A DNA stretch of 54,685 bases from Puniceicoccales bacterium. GTDB taxonomy: Bacteria > Verrucomicrobiota > Verrucomicrobiia > Opitutales > LL51. Where the stretch lies: contig JAIRTH010000019.1 of the NCBI GenBank assembly GCA_031255005.1, forward strand, positions 1 through 54,685, in the 5' to 3' direction. Position numbers and translations under genes: made by a program. The first letter of the stretch is position 1. The number at the start of each line of letters is the position of its first letter. Below the pieces are notes generated by a model. That model saw only the letters and a program-made list of their open reading frames with translations, did no database searches and was not told where the DNA came from. This document shows positions 28,049 to 36,747 of this stretch, in pieces.

Positions 28049-30238
28049 ATGACAATTCTGTTTTGGGTGATTCCGGTAGTTGCGGTATTTGCGTTGATTG
28101 TGGCTAGATATTTTTACAATTCAATGATGCTTGAATCCGCTGGAACGGATAGAATGCAGGAGATCGCTGCCTATGTAAGGACCGGCGCATTGGCCTATTT
28201 GAAGCAGCAATATAAAGTTGTGGCTGTGGTATTTCTGATCCTTGCTGTTATTCTTGGAGTATTATCATTTGGTCTAGACTTGCAGAATGATTGGGTACCG
28301 TTTGCTTTTATTTCGGCAGGTATTTTTTCGGGTTTGGCAGGTTTTTTAGGAATGAAAACAGCCACAAATGCTTCATCGCGAACAGCTTTTGCAGCATCTA
28401 AATCGTTAAATGATGGGCTTCGGGTAGCCTTTAGGAGCGGTGCAGTGATGGGTCTAGTGGTGGTTGGATTAGCGTTGCTGGACTATTCGATTTGGTTTCT
28501 GATATTAGATATTTTTGAAGATGCCATAGATCCGTCGCAAAAACTGATAATCATAACTGGCACGATGCTCACCTTTGGCATTGGCACGTCTTTGCAGGCT
28601 CTTTTTGCCAGGGTCGGCGGTGGTATTTTCACCAAAGCTGCCGATGTGGGAGCTGATATGGTTGGAAAGATTGAGTCTGGCATTCCGGAGGATGATCCCA
28701 GGAATCCGGCGGTAATTTCTGATAATGTAGGCGATAATGTGGGCGATGTGGCCGGCATGGGTGCCGATTTATATGAGTCTTACTATGGATCCATTTTGGC
28801 TGCTGCGGCGTTGGGTGCAGTGGCATTTTTGGGCGATGGAGTGGAGATTCAGACGAAAGCCGTTCTCGCCCCGGCGCTTATAGGAGCCGTAGGTGTAATT
28901 TTATCCATAGTTGGTGTATTTTGCGTAAAAACTAAGGAAAATGCGACGACTTTGGAACTGCTTAGATCGCTAGGGTATGGAGTGAAGTTCAGTGCGGCCC
29001 TGATATTCATAGCATCATTCTTGATTCTATATCTTCTTGGCATACCGAACTATGTTGGCATATGGGGGGCTGTGGTTGTTGGTTTGATCACTGGCGAAAT
29101 AATAGGAAAATCATCTGAATACTATACTTCTCAGGCCTATACTCCGACCCGGCGAATTGCTGGCCAATCTCAAACCGGTGCTGCGACAGTGATAATAAGC
29201 GGCATTGGTACGGGCATGATATCGACGGCCATACCGGTTGTGGCAGTGGTTTTGGGAACCATATTGGCCTTTGGATTTGCCACTGGGTTTGATCAAAGCA
29301 AGATGACCGTTGGATTATACGGCATATCCATAGCTGCCGTTGGAATGTTGTCTACTTTGGGCATAACATTGGCTACCGATGCCTATGGCCCGATCGCTGA
29401 CAATGCCGGTGGTAATGCTCAGATGAGCGGTTTAGGTGACGAAGTGCGAGTCCGCACCGATGCATTGGATTCTCTAGGCAATACCACGGCTGCCACCGGA
29501 AAGGGCTTCGCCATTGGTTCGGCTGCATTGACGGCATTGGCTCTGATTGCTTCCTATGTCACTGGCATAAAGGTTGGTTTGATGAAGATTGGGCAAAATT
29601 TTGTAATAGTTTCCGGCGAAAGTATTCCGGTTTCCGACGCGACTATGAACGATTTTATGAGTTACTATGGAGTGCATTTGCTTAATCCAAAAGTGCTTAT
29701 GGGATTGTTCGTGGGAGCAATGATGTCTTTTTTATTCTGTGGATTCACCATAAATGCAGTGGGGCGCGCGGCATCAAGCATGGTCGATGAGGTACGCAGG
29801 CAATTTAAGGAAATTTCAGGTATAATGGACGGTTCCGCCGTTCCAGATTATGCCAGATGTGTAACGATTGCCACCTATGCTGCTCAGCGAGAAATGATTG
29901 TGCCAGCGCTCTGCGCTATAATTGTACCAGTGGCCATGGGTTTTGTTTTTGGAGTCCCCGGTGTGATAGGCCTGTTAGGTGGTTCTCTTTCAAGCGGTTT
30001 TGTATTGGCTATTTTCATGGCCAATTCAGGAGGTGCCTGGGATAACGCAAAAAAATATATCGAAGAAGGCGCCATGGGGGGCAAGGGTTCTGAAGCACAT
30101 AAAGCTTCGGTCATCGGCGACACCGTCGGAGATCCCTTCAAAGATACGGCTGGTCCAAGCTTGAACATATTGATAAAATTGATGGCCATGGTGTCATTGG
30201 TTGTGGTCGGAGCCACGGTAGCCTATAGTATTTTTTAG
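28049..30238 (+). CDS. hppA: membrane-integral pyrophosphate-energised cation pump (K+-dependent type by motif)
   Basis: 729 aa, about 16 TM, with [48 protein letters not shown] and [25 protein letters not shown]-rich Shine-Dalgarno sequence lies upstream. Confidence 0.95.
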   Translation: MTILFWVIPVVAVFALIVARYFYNSMMLESAGTDRMQEIAAYVRTGALAYLKQQYKVVAVVFLILAVILGVLSFGLDLQNDWVPFAFISAGIFSGLAGFLGMKTATNASSRTAFAASKSLNDGLRVAFRSGAVMGLVVVGLALLDYSIWFLILDIFEDAIDPSQKLIIITGTMLTFGIGTSLQALFARVGGGIFTKAADVGADMVGKIESGIPEDDPRNPAVISDNVGDNVGDVAGMGADLYESYYGSILAAAALGAVAFLGDGVEIQTKAVLAPALIGAVGVILSIVGVFCVKTKENATTLELLRSLGYGVKFSAALIFIASFLILYLLGIPNYVGIWGAVVVGLITGEIIGKSSEYYTSQAYTPTRRIAGQSQTGAATVIISGIGTGMISTAIPVVAVVLGTILAFGFATGFDQSKMTVGLYGISIAAVGMLSTLGITLATDAYGPIADNAGGNAQMSGLGDEVRVRTDALDSLGNTTAATGKGFAIGSAALTALALIASYVTGIKVGLMKIGQNFVIVSGESIPVSDATMNDFMSYYGVHLLNPKVLMGLFVGAMMSFLFCGFTINAVGRAASSMVDEVRRQFKEISGIMDGSAVPDYARCVTIATYAAQREMIVPALCAIIVPVAMGFVFGVPGVIGLLGGSLSSGFVLAIFMANSGGAWDNAKKYIEEGAMGGKGSEAHKASVIGDTVGDPFKDTAGPSLNILIKLMAMVSLVVVGATVAYSIF

Positions 30239-30332
30239 CATATATTCTTCATAGAGACTGAGTTGCAAATTAATGTTGTTTGATGATGTGATTATTTTAT
30301 ATCCAGAAAAATATAAAAAATTTTAATTTATA

Positions 30333-31691
30333 ATGAGTGGCCCATCGAGAACTCCGCCCTATAGTGTGGATTTTGAGCAGGCTTTGCTTGCGTCGTGCAT
30401 AATTGAAGGTGGTCAGGAAAGTATCGCCATCTGCATCGAAGAAAAAATTCATCCAAGTTCATTCTATATGCCAGTCCATCAGGTTATTTTCAAAGCGCTG
30501 CTTGATCTCTATGCTGAAAATTCTCCGGTCTCAGAACTGATTCTGGCAGAGAAGTTATCTAGTCGTGGAGAATTAGAAAAAGTCGGAGGCTATGATTATT
30601 TGAGTTCCATAACAAACCGAATCGACACTCCGGTCCATATCATTCACTATATCAATCGGGTACGTGACCTGGATTTGCTCAGAAAAATTATAAAAATTTC
30701 CCGCGAAAGCATCGAATCTGCCTATGCCGGGGTAGATGATGTCAGCCAATTCGTAGAGACTGTTGAAAAGGCAATATTTAATGTGAGTGAAAACCGTCTT
30801 TCGGATTCGGCCCAACCAATAAAAATTGCAATTAACGATGCTATTGTGCTCGTACAGAACCTGTTGCAACACCGTGGTGAACTAAGTGGTGTGGCTTCAG
30901 GTTTCAATGATTTGGATCGCCTGACCTTTGGGTTTCATCCCGGCGAGATGATCATCATCGCAGCCAGGCCATCCATCGGTAAGACTAGTTTAGCTCTGAA
31001 CATAGCAGAAAATGCCGTGCTAAAACCAGAGCGCAAAGTCGTTGTGCCGACGCTATTTTTCAGCCTTGAAATGAGTTCCGAGCAACTGGCAATGCGCTTG
31101 CTTTGTGGCAGAGCCGGTATGAATATGACCAAACTGCGCGATGGATTCATTACAAAAGAAGCTGCTACAAATTTAAATAAAGTTGCCAACGAGTTTAAAA
31201 GTGCACCATTATGGATAGATGAATCAACAAACATGTCTATAACTGAAATGCGGGCAAAGGCCCGGCGAATGCATAACAAAAATAAACTTGGATTGGTCAT
31301 CATCGATTACCTGCAGCTGATTGCTGGTACCGACACCAGAGCCCCAAGGGAGCAACAAATATCAGAAATATCGCGAGGTGTCAAGGCCATGGCGAAGGAA
31401 TTGGCTGTGCCAGTCATTGTTCTGAGTCAACTAAATAGAGAATCGGAAAAAGAAAAGCGTCAGCCGAGATTGTCGGATCTGCGAGAATCCGGCGCCATAG
31501 AACAGGATGCGGATGTGGTTATGTTACTCTCTAAGAAGAGGGAAGAGAACATAGATGAAGAAATTCCTTCGGACATTGCCATCCGTGAATTGATTGTTGC
31601 AAAACAAAGGAATGGTCCTACAGGTTTAATTCAGCTGGCATTTAAAAAAAGTTTAACCAGGTTTGAAAGTTATGCAGATGAGAATATCTGA
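30333..31691 (+). CDS. dnaB: replicative DNA helicase DnaB
   Basis: PPYSVDFEQALLASCI, Walker A ARPSIGKTSLALN, IIDYLQLI, SQLNRESEKEKRQPRLSDLRESGAIEQDADVV and AKQRNGPTG. Confidence 0.95.
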   Translation: MSGPSRTPPYSVDFEQALLASCIIEGGQESIAICIEEKIHPSSFYMPVHQVIFKALLDLYAENSPVSELILAEKLSSRGELEKVGGYDYLSSITNRIDTPVHIIHYINRVRDLDLLRKIIKISRESIESAYAGVDDVSQFVETVEKAIFNVSENRLSDSAQPIKIAINDAIVLVQNLLQHRGELSGVASGFNDLDRLTFGFHPGEMIIIAARPSIGKTSLALNIAENAVLKPERKVVVPTLFFSLEMSSEQLAMRLLCGRAGMNMTKLRDGFITKEAATNLNKVANEFKSAPLWIDESTNMSITEMRAKARRMHNKNKLGLVIIDYLQLIAGTDTRAPREQQISEISRGVKAMAKELAVPVIVLSQLNRESEKEKRQPRLSDLRESGAIEQDADVVMLLSKKREENIDEEIPSDIAIRELIVAKQRNGPTGLIQLAFKKSLTRFESYADENI

Positions 31692-34053
31692 TTTTTTAAA
31701 AATATTTTGTTGGGTATATTTACTGCTTATAGTAACATTTAATGTTCGGGCAGAAGATATTAGAGAAGAGGAGATCGGGCCGATTATCCGCCGTATAGAT
31801 TTGATATATGACGGCGATGTCCGCTGCAATATTCATGACAGCGTTGTTTTGGCCAACATACAACTCAAAGAGGGCAAGTGTTTTAGCCATTATCTGGCGG
31901 ATAGATCGATAAAGTCGTTGTATGAAACAAATTTATTCGATTTTGTATCTGTCAAAATGGACATGTCTGAGCATGGCGAAGATGCTGTGGTGACCTTTGT
32001 CTTAATTCCGAGGCCGAAAATTTCAGCCATCAAGTTTGAAGGTAACAAAAAAATAGGTGTGAAAGTGCTGAGAAAGAAAATAAAAAGCACCACGGGCTTG
32101 GCATTTTCTGATGAAACGGCCAAGGATGATGTGTATGAAATATTTAATTATTATCAGGAAAGTGGTTATCCTGAACCGAAAATAGATTACGAAAAAAGGG
32201 TCGATTCATTGACCGGCAATGCAGAATTGGTGTTTCTGATTAATGAAGGAAGAAAGGCCAATATAAATAGCATAAATTTCATCGGTAACGGGGACATTGA
32301 TGTCAATAAATTGCGCGATAAGATGCTAACCCAGAAATGGATGTTTCTCATATCCTGGATTAAAAATACTGGAAGATTTCGCCGCGAAATGTTTGAGGCT
32401 GATTTGGTCATGCTGAGAAAGGAGTTAAAAAATCACGGCTATCTGGATTCTTCCATCGATGAGTCGCAAATAAAATTGTCCTACGACAAGAAAAATCGAC
32501 TTATTATAACCATCCCATTGGAATTGGGTGAAAATAAGTACAGCGTTGGTCGAGTGGAAATTAGCGGCAATAAAGTGTTCAAAACTAAAGCCTTAGAGAA
32601 AATTTTGAAGATTAAAGAAGGCGATATGTTTTCTCCAGAGGCCTTGGATAAAGCATGTACGAATATTCAGAATTTTTATGGCTTGAGCGGTTATCTTGAT
32701 ACCCAGGTGAGGATTATTAGAGATCCGAGTTTTGTCGATAATTCGATAGATGTCAAATTTGATATAGTCGAAGGCGAGGTGTCCTATGTGGGCGCAGTGA
32801 AACTTTCTGGCAATGTCAAGACAAAAAATAAGGTGATTTTGCGCGAACTGACCATTGCTCCAGGTCAAAAATTTAGCACATCAAAAATGAAAAGCAGCCA
32901 GGCAAAGCTGAATAATACTGGATTTTTTAGTGATGTTGACCTGGATTATGAAGATACGGATGAGCCGAATAAAAAAAATCTGAATGTGAACGTGCAGGAG
33001 GCAAATACAGGGAAAGTTTCTCTGGGTGGCGCCATAAGTACGATGAACAATGTCATGGTATTTGCAGAAATTTTTCAGACAAATTTTGATCTATTGAACC
33101 GTAAATCGAAATTTCAGGGTGGAGGTCAGAGAGCTAGAGCCAGGATTGAGGTGGGGACCCGGGCTAGTCAGCTTTTATTATCCTTCGAAGAGCCGTTTGT
33201 CTATGATAAACCACTGGCCGCCGGCATTGATCTTTTTCTAGCCAAAAATGAGTACAAGCGCTCGGATAATAATTATAGTGGTCCAAGTTATGATGAGCAA
33301 CACATTGGCATGGAACCATATCTGAGAAAACGGCTTTTTGAACTTTGGGATGGAAGGCTTGCCTATCATATTGAACGGATGAAATTGTACAATGTGGGCA
33401 AGCGCGCTCCGCAGGATTTGAAAGATGAAAGCGGTTGGCGTAGCATATCTAAGGTTAAGTTTACGCTGGAACGGGATACGAGAAATAGTTTCGTCATGCC
33501 ATCTAAGGGTTCATTGATAACCATAAATAATGAGTTGGCCGGTGGACCGTTTCTTGGCCAGACAAATTTCGCCAAGCTGGAACTCAGTGCTGCCCGTTGG
33601 TTTCCGCTTAGTAAAAGCGAAAATCACGTGATGGAGTTGATAGGAAAGCTCGGGGCCATAACGCCATATAATCATAAAAATATACCCTACACTGAACGGT
33701 ATTTTCTTGGAGGCCAAAGTTATATGCGCGGGTTTGAATATAAGGGCATTGGACCAAAAGATGGTGAAGGCTATGTGGTTGGTGGCAATTCCTTCGGTTA
33801 TCTTTGCTCGGAATATACCACAAAACTGGTTGGGCCAGTATACTTTGCAACCTTTGCAGAGGGTGGTTTTGTCAACAGCCATACCATGCGCTTCAATCCA
33901 AAAAATTATTGTGCCGATGTGGGCGTTGGCCTTAGAATAATGATACAAGGGGCACCTCTTAGGTTGGACTGGGGTTTCCCGGTGCATACACCCAAAAATT
34001 TTGGGAAAAAGGACAAGATGCAGTTCAATTTTTCATTCGGTGTTGTGTTTTAA
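31672..34053 (+). CDS. bamA: outer membrane protein assembly factor BamA
   Basis: Signal peptide, five POTRA-like repeats (IKFEGNKKI, INFIGNGDI, VEISGNKVF, VKLSGNVKT), and a C-terminal Omp85 barrel (RYFLGGQSYMRGFEY, ending FNFSFGVVF). The start lies inside the last codons of dnaB (ATG 31672 or 31678; the ORF track uses TTG 31663). Confidence 0.9.
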   Translation: MQMRISDFLKIFCWVYLLLIVTFNVRAEDIREEEIGPIIRRIDLIYDGDVRCNIHDSVVLANIQLKEGKCFSHYLADRSIKSLYETNLFDFVSVKMDMSEHGEDAVVTFVLIPRPKISAIKFEGNKKIGVKVLRKKIKSTTGLAFSDETAKDDVYEIFNYYQESGYPEPKIDYEKRVDSLTGNAELVFLINEGRKANINSINFIGNGDIDVNKLRDKMLTQKWMFLISWIKNTGRFRREMFEADLVMLRKELKNHGYLDSSIDESQIKLSYDKKNRLIITIPLELGENKYSVGRVEISGNKVFKTKALEKILKIKEGDMFSPEALDKACTNIQNFYGLSGYLDTQVRIIRDPSFVDNSIDVKFDIVEGEVSYVGAVKLSGNVKTKNKVILRELTIAPGQKFSTSKMKSSQAKLNNTGFFSDVDLDYEDTDEPNKKNLNVNVQEANTGKVSLGGAISTMNNVMVFAEIFQTNFDLLNRKSKFQGGGQRARARIEVGTRASQLLLSFEEPFVYDKPLAAGIDLFLAKNEYKRSDNNYSGPSYDEQHIGMEPYLRKRLFELWDGRLAYHIERMKLYNVGKRAPQDLKDESGWRSISKVKFTLERDTRNSFVMPSKGSLITINNELAGGPFLGQTNFAKLELSAARWFPLSKSENHVMELIGKLGAITPYNHKNIPYTERYFLGGQSYMRGFEYKGIGPKDGEGYVVGGNSFGYLCSEYTTKLVGPVYFATFAEGGFVNSHTMRFNPKNYCADVGVGLRIMIQGAPLRLDWGFPVHTPKNFGKKDKMQFNFSFGVVF

Positions 34054-34072
34054 CTAGTTTAACAAGAGGTTG

Positions 34073-34957
34073 TTATAGTTTACCAATGAAAAATCTTGGT
34101 CGATGGCATAGGTCATTTCGTAGTTCTTTGCACAGCAGCCAATGGGCCTGATTCAGCAGATCTTTTCCGTGATTAATTCCTATTTCTAAAGCAATCAATC
34201 CATTGCGATTCAGAAACTTTTCTGACTGAGCTAGGATTTTCATGGCATCATCCAAGCCATGGTTTCCCGATAGCAGCGCCGTCACTGGTTCATAGTTCCT
34301 TATTTCTGGCTGAGAGAGACTTAGCTCTTCCTCTGACAGATAGGGCGGATTAGAAACGATGACATCGAAGAGACCTTCTAGGTTTGAAAACCAGTCCGAT
34401 TGCAGAAAGGTCACATTATCAATGTGATTGATTTTCGAATTTTCGATAGCTAATGATATGGCATCCAAGCTCTTATCTATAGCGACGACCTCAGCATTGG
34501 TAAAATTTTTGGCCAGTGCCAATGCAATGGCTCCGGTGCCGGTACCAAGATCAAGTATTTTACTAACTTGTTTATCTCCAACTTCTTTGATTACAAGCTC
34601 AACCAGTTCTTCGGTTTCCGGCCGAGGAATCAGTGCCCGTCGATCGGTCCTTATTTTTATATCCAGAAACTGAGTTTCTCCGGTTATATATTGTAACGGC
34701 TCTCGACGGCCCCGGCGTATGATGGCATTTTTTATCGATGCTACTAGACTCACATCCAATAGATGATCAAAACGCAAATATAAATCTAACCTTTTGCATT
34801 TCATAATGTTAGCAAAAATTAGTTCCGCGTCTAATCTAGGGGATGACAACCCTTTCCTGGCAAGAAAAGCCTCAGATTTTTTCAGTAGATCTAGGAGGCT
34901 TTGCATGTAACTTTTTGTCACGGAACGGCCTATGGCCATAATTGCTAACATCACCAA
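34073..34957 (-). CDS. prmC: peptide chain release factor N5-glutamine methyltransferase
   Basis: SAM motif ILDLGTGTGAIAL and catalytic NPPY (VSNPPYLS). The likely true start is the Met at 34906 (MQSLLDLLKKSEAFL). Confidence 0.85.
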   Translation of the reverse strand: MVMLAIMAIGRSVTKSYMQSLLDLLKKSEAFLARKGLSSPRLDAELIFANIMKCKRLDLYLRFDHLLDVSLVASIKNAIIRRGRREPLQYITGETQFLDIKIRTDRRALIPRPETEELVELVIKEVGDKQVSKILDLGTGTGAIALALAKNFTNAEVVAIDKSLDAISLAIENSKINHIDNVTFLQSDWFSNLEGLFDVIVSNPPYLSEEELSLSQPEIRNYEPVTALLSGNHGLDDAMKILAQSEKFLNRNGLIALEIGINHGKDLLNQAHWLLCKELRNDLCHRPRFFIGKL

Positions 34958-35252
34958 TGTAGGTCACTTTGTCTTTGTGTATGCACACAAGGAACTTTCT
35001 ATGGCCATATTTTACCACAGTGAATGCAGATTTTAATCCAATTGCTTTTCTATCAACGATATATATACGATCCTCATTATCATAGTGAAGCCGAGAATGA
35101 TCACAGTATCGTTGAGATTTGCATAGTCGCACGAGCAAAACACCACCCGCTGCAAGAGCAAGCAGAAAAATAATTGCCTTTATTGTGGCGTTAACTATCT
35201 CAGGATCAAGACCTTGTAAGTAATTTCCCAGTGATGTAAACCATCCATCCAT
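34872..35252 (-). CDS. small single-pass membrane protein of unknown function, translationally coupled to rplS
   Basis: 126-aa ORF whose ATG shares one nt with the rplS TGA (TGATG). It has one TM (IKAIIFLLALAAGGVLLV) followed by a beta-rich soluble part. Its 3' end overlaps the prmC start region. Confidence 0.5.
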   Translation of the reverse strand: MDGWFTSLGNYLQGLDPEIVNATIKAIIFLLALAAGGVLLVRLCKSQRYCDHSRLHYDNEDRIYIVDRKAIGLKSAFTVVKYGHRKFLVCIHKDKVTYIGDVSNYGHRPFRDKKLHAKPPRSTEKI

Positions 35253-35626
35253 CAGGCCGAGGTACTGTTCTTTCTAAATTCGCGATTTTCCTTGACCTTC
35301 ATGGCACTTTTACCGATTCGGCCGCGGAGGTAATATAATTTCGCCCGCATGGGTACGCTTTCGCGTTCGACTTCTATTTTCATCACGTTTCGCGAATGGA
35401 CAGGAAATATCCTCTCGACACCTTCGCCAAAGGAAATTTTTCTAACGGTGAAAGTTTCGCCTATGCCATAGCCTTTCCGGCAGAGGACAATGCCAGCGAA
35501 AATCTGTATACGTTCTTTATCTCCTTCGCGCACTTTGACATGCACGCGTACACCATCACCAACTTTGAAATTATCACGATCTTTTATCAGCTGACAATCA
35601 GTCAATTCTTTTATAATAGGGTTCAT
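35252..35626 (-). CDS. rplS: 50S ribosomal protein L19
   Basis: [33 protein letters not shown]...[21 protein letters not shown]. It forms an ATGA overlap with trmD. Confidence 0.95.
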   Translation of the reverse strand: MNPIIKELTDCQLIKDRDNFKVGDGVRVHVKVREGDKERIQIFAGIVLCRKGYGIGETFTVRKISFGEGVERIFPVHSRNVMKIEVERESVPMRAKLYYLRGRIGKSAMKVKENREFRKNSTSA

Positions 35627-36297
35627 TTTTGTAAATCCTTGTTCCCTTCTAAGTGTTTTTTATCAGAATTCAACCATTTTCGAAAAATATCTGGTCTGCG
35701 CAACTCAGTTTTTTCAATCATCTGCCGAAGGCGCCATCTGTTTATTTCGATGTGGTTTCCCGATAGCAATACCTCTGGCACAGAAATTTCTTCGAATTTC
35801 ACCGGTCTAGTATACTGTGGAAATGATAGCAATCCGTTCGAGAAGCTGTCCTGGGTCAATGAGTTAGCGTTACCGAGGACGCCTGGTACGTATCTGCATA
35901 CTGCATCTGCTAGCACCGCCGAAGCCAGGGTTCCGTTGGTTATTATATAGTCACCAATGGAAATTTCCAAATTTACCCGAGATTTTCTTACCCTTTCGTC
36001 GATGCCTTCGTAATGCCCAGATAATAAAATCAGGTGTTTTTTTTGGGACAGCTCCTTGGCCAAGGCGGATGTTAACAGCTTGCCATCAGGGCACATATAT
36101 ATCACTATGGAGGTTTCTGTCCGAAATTTATCTATGGCTGAACATATTGGTTCGGCCTTCATGACCATACCAGCTCCGCCGCCGAATGGTCTATCGTCGG
36201 TTATTTTATGTTTGTCGGTGGCAAAATCGCGTATATTATAAACACCAAACTCAATCAATCCAGATTTTGTAGCTCTGCTCAATATGCTACAAGACAC
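35623..36297 (-). CDS. trmD: tRNA (guanine37-N1)-methyltransferase TrmD (coordinates follow the ORF-track GTG; the real start is probably upstream, see finding)
   Basis: [46 protein letters not shown] and [14 protein letters not shown]. The conserved N-terminal strand RIDFLSLFPQLL is encoded in frame upstream of 36297. Confidence 0.9.
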   Translation of the reverse strand: MSCSILSRATKSGLIEFGVYNIRDFATDKHKITDDRPFGGGAGMVMKAEPICSAIDKFRTETSIVIYMCPDGKLLTSALAKELSQKKHLILLSGHYEGIDERVRKSRVNLEISIGDYIITNGTLASAVLADAVCRYVPGVLGNANSLTQDSFSNGLLSFPQYTRPVKFEEISVPEVLLSGNHIEINRWRLRQMIEKTELRRPDIFRKWLNSDKKHLEGNKDLQK

Positions 36298-36346
36298 TAC
36301 GCCATCAAGTAGTTGCGGAAATAATGATAAAAAATCTATGCGTAAA

Positions 36347-36604
36347 TTAGGCAGACAATACTTTTCTCGAACGACGAATCAAAGTGCCAACGGTTTCCGT
36401 AGGCTTTGCTCCGACCCTAAGCCAATGATCAACCCGATCCATATCTAACATGAGCTCTGGGGCTTTGCCTCGGGCCTGAGGATCGTAGATTCCTAGTTTT
36501 TCGACAAAACGACCATCACGACGCCAAGAAGATTCCGCTACCACAATCTTGTATATAGGCTTATGTATAGCGCCATGACGCTGTAATCTGATTTTCAATG
36601 CCAT
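36347..36604 (-). CDS. rpsP: 30S ribosomal protein S16
   Basis: MALKIRLQRHGAIHKPIYKIVVAESSWRRDGRFVEKLGIYDP is classic S16. Confidence 0.95.
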   Translation of the reverse strand: MALKIRLQRHGAIHKPIYKIVVAESSWRRDGRFVEKLGIYDPQARGKAPELMLDMDRVDHWLRVGAKPTETVGTLIRRSRKVLSA

Positions 36605-36747
36605 AAAAATTTTTCTCTAAACTTTCCTTAAAGAAAAATGAAATGGAGGATCTGTCAAGCTATTTTGTTAGTCACTATAGGATCATTGGCATATTTTATA
36701 TTAAATTATATTGAAATATCATCTCGGTATAGTAGAATAACATAGGG

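Noticed and set aside
29884-30216. 110-aa minus-strand ORF and several 60-90-aa ORFs within hppA
   Set aside because: This GC-richer gene gives long antisense open frames by chance, and the sense frame carries every pyrophosphatase motif.
33511-33987. 158-aa minus-strand ORF (with neighbouring 80-aa and 77-aa ORFs) inside bamA
   Set aside because: The + strand frame encodes a clearly recognisable Omp85 barrel. The antisense frames have no recognisable features.
35396-35950. 184-aa + strand ORF
   Set aside because: It overlaps rplS and trmD in antisense. Both minus-strand genes are unambiguous.
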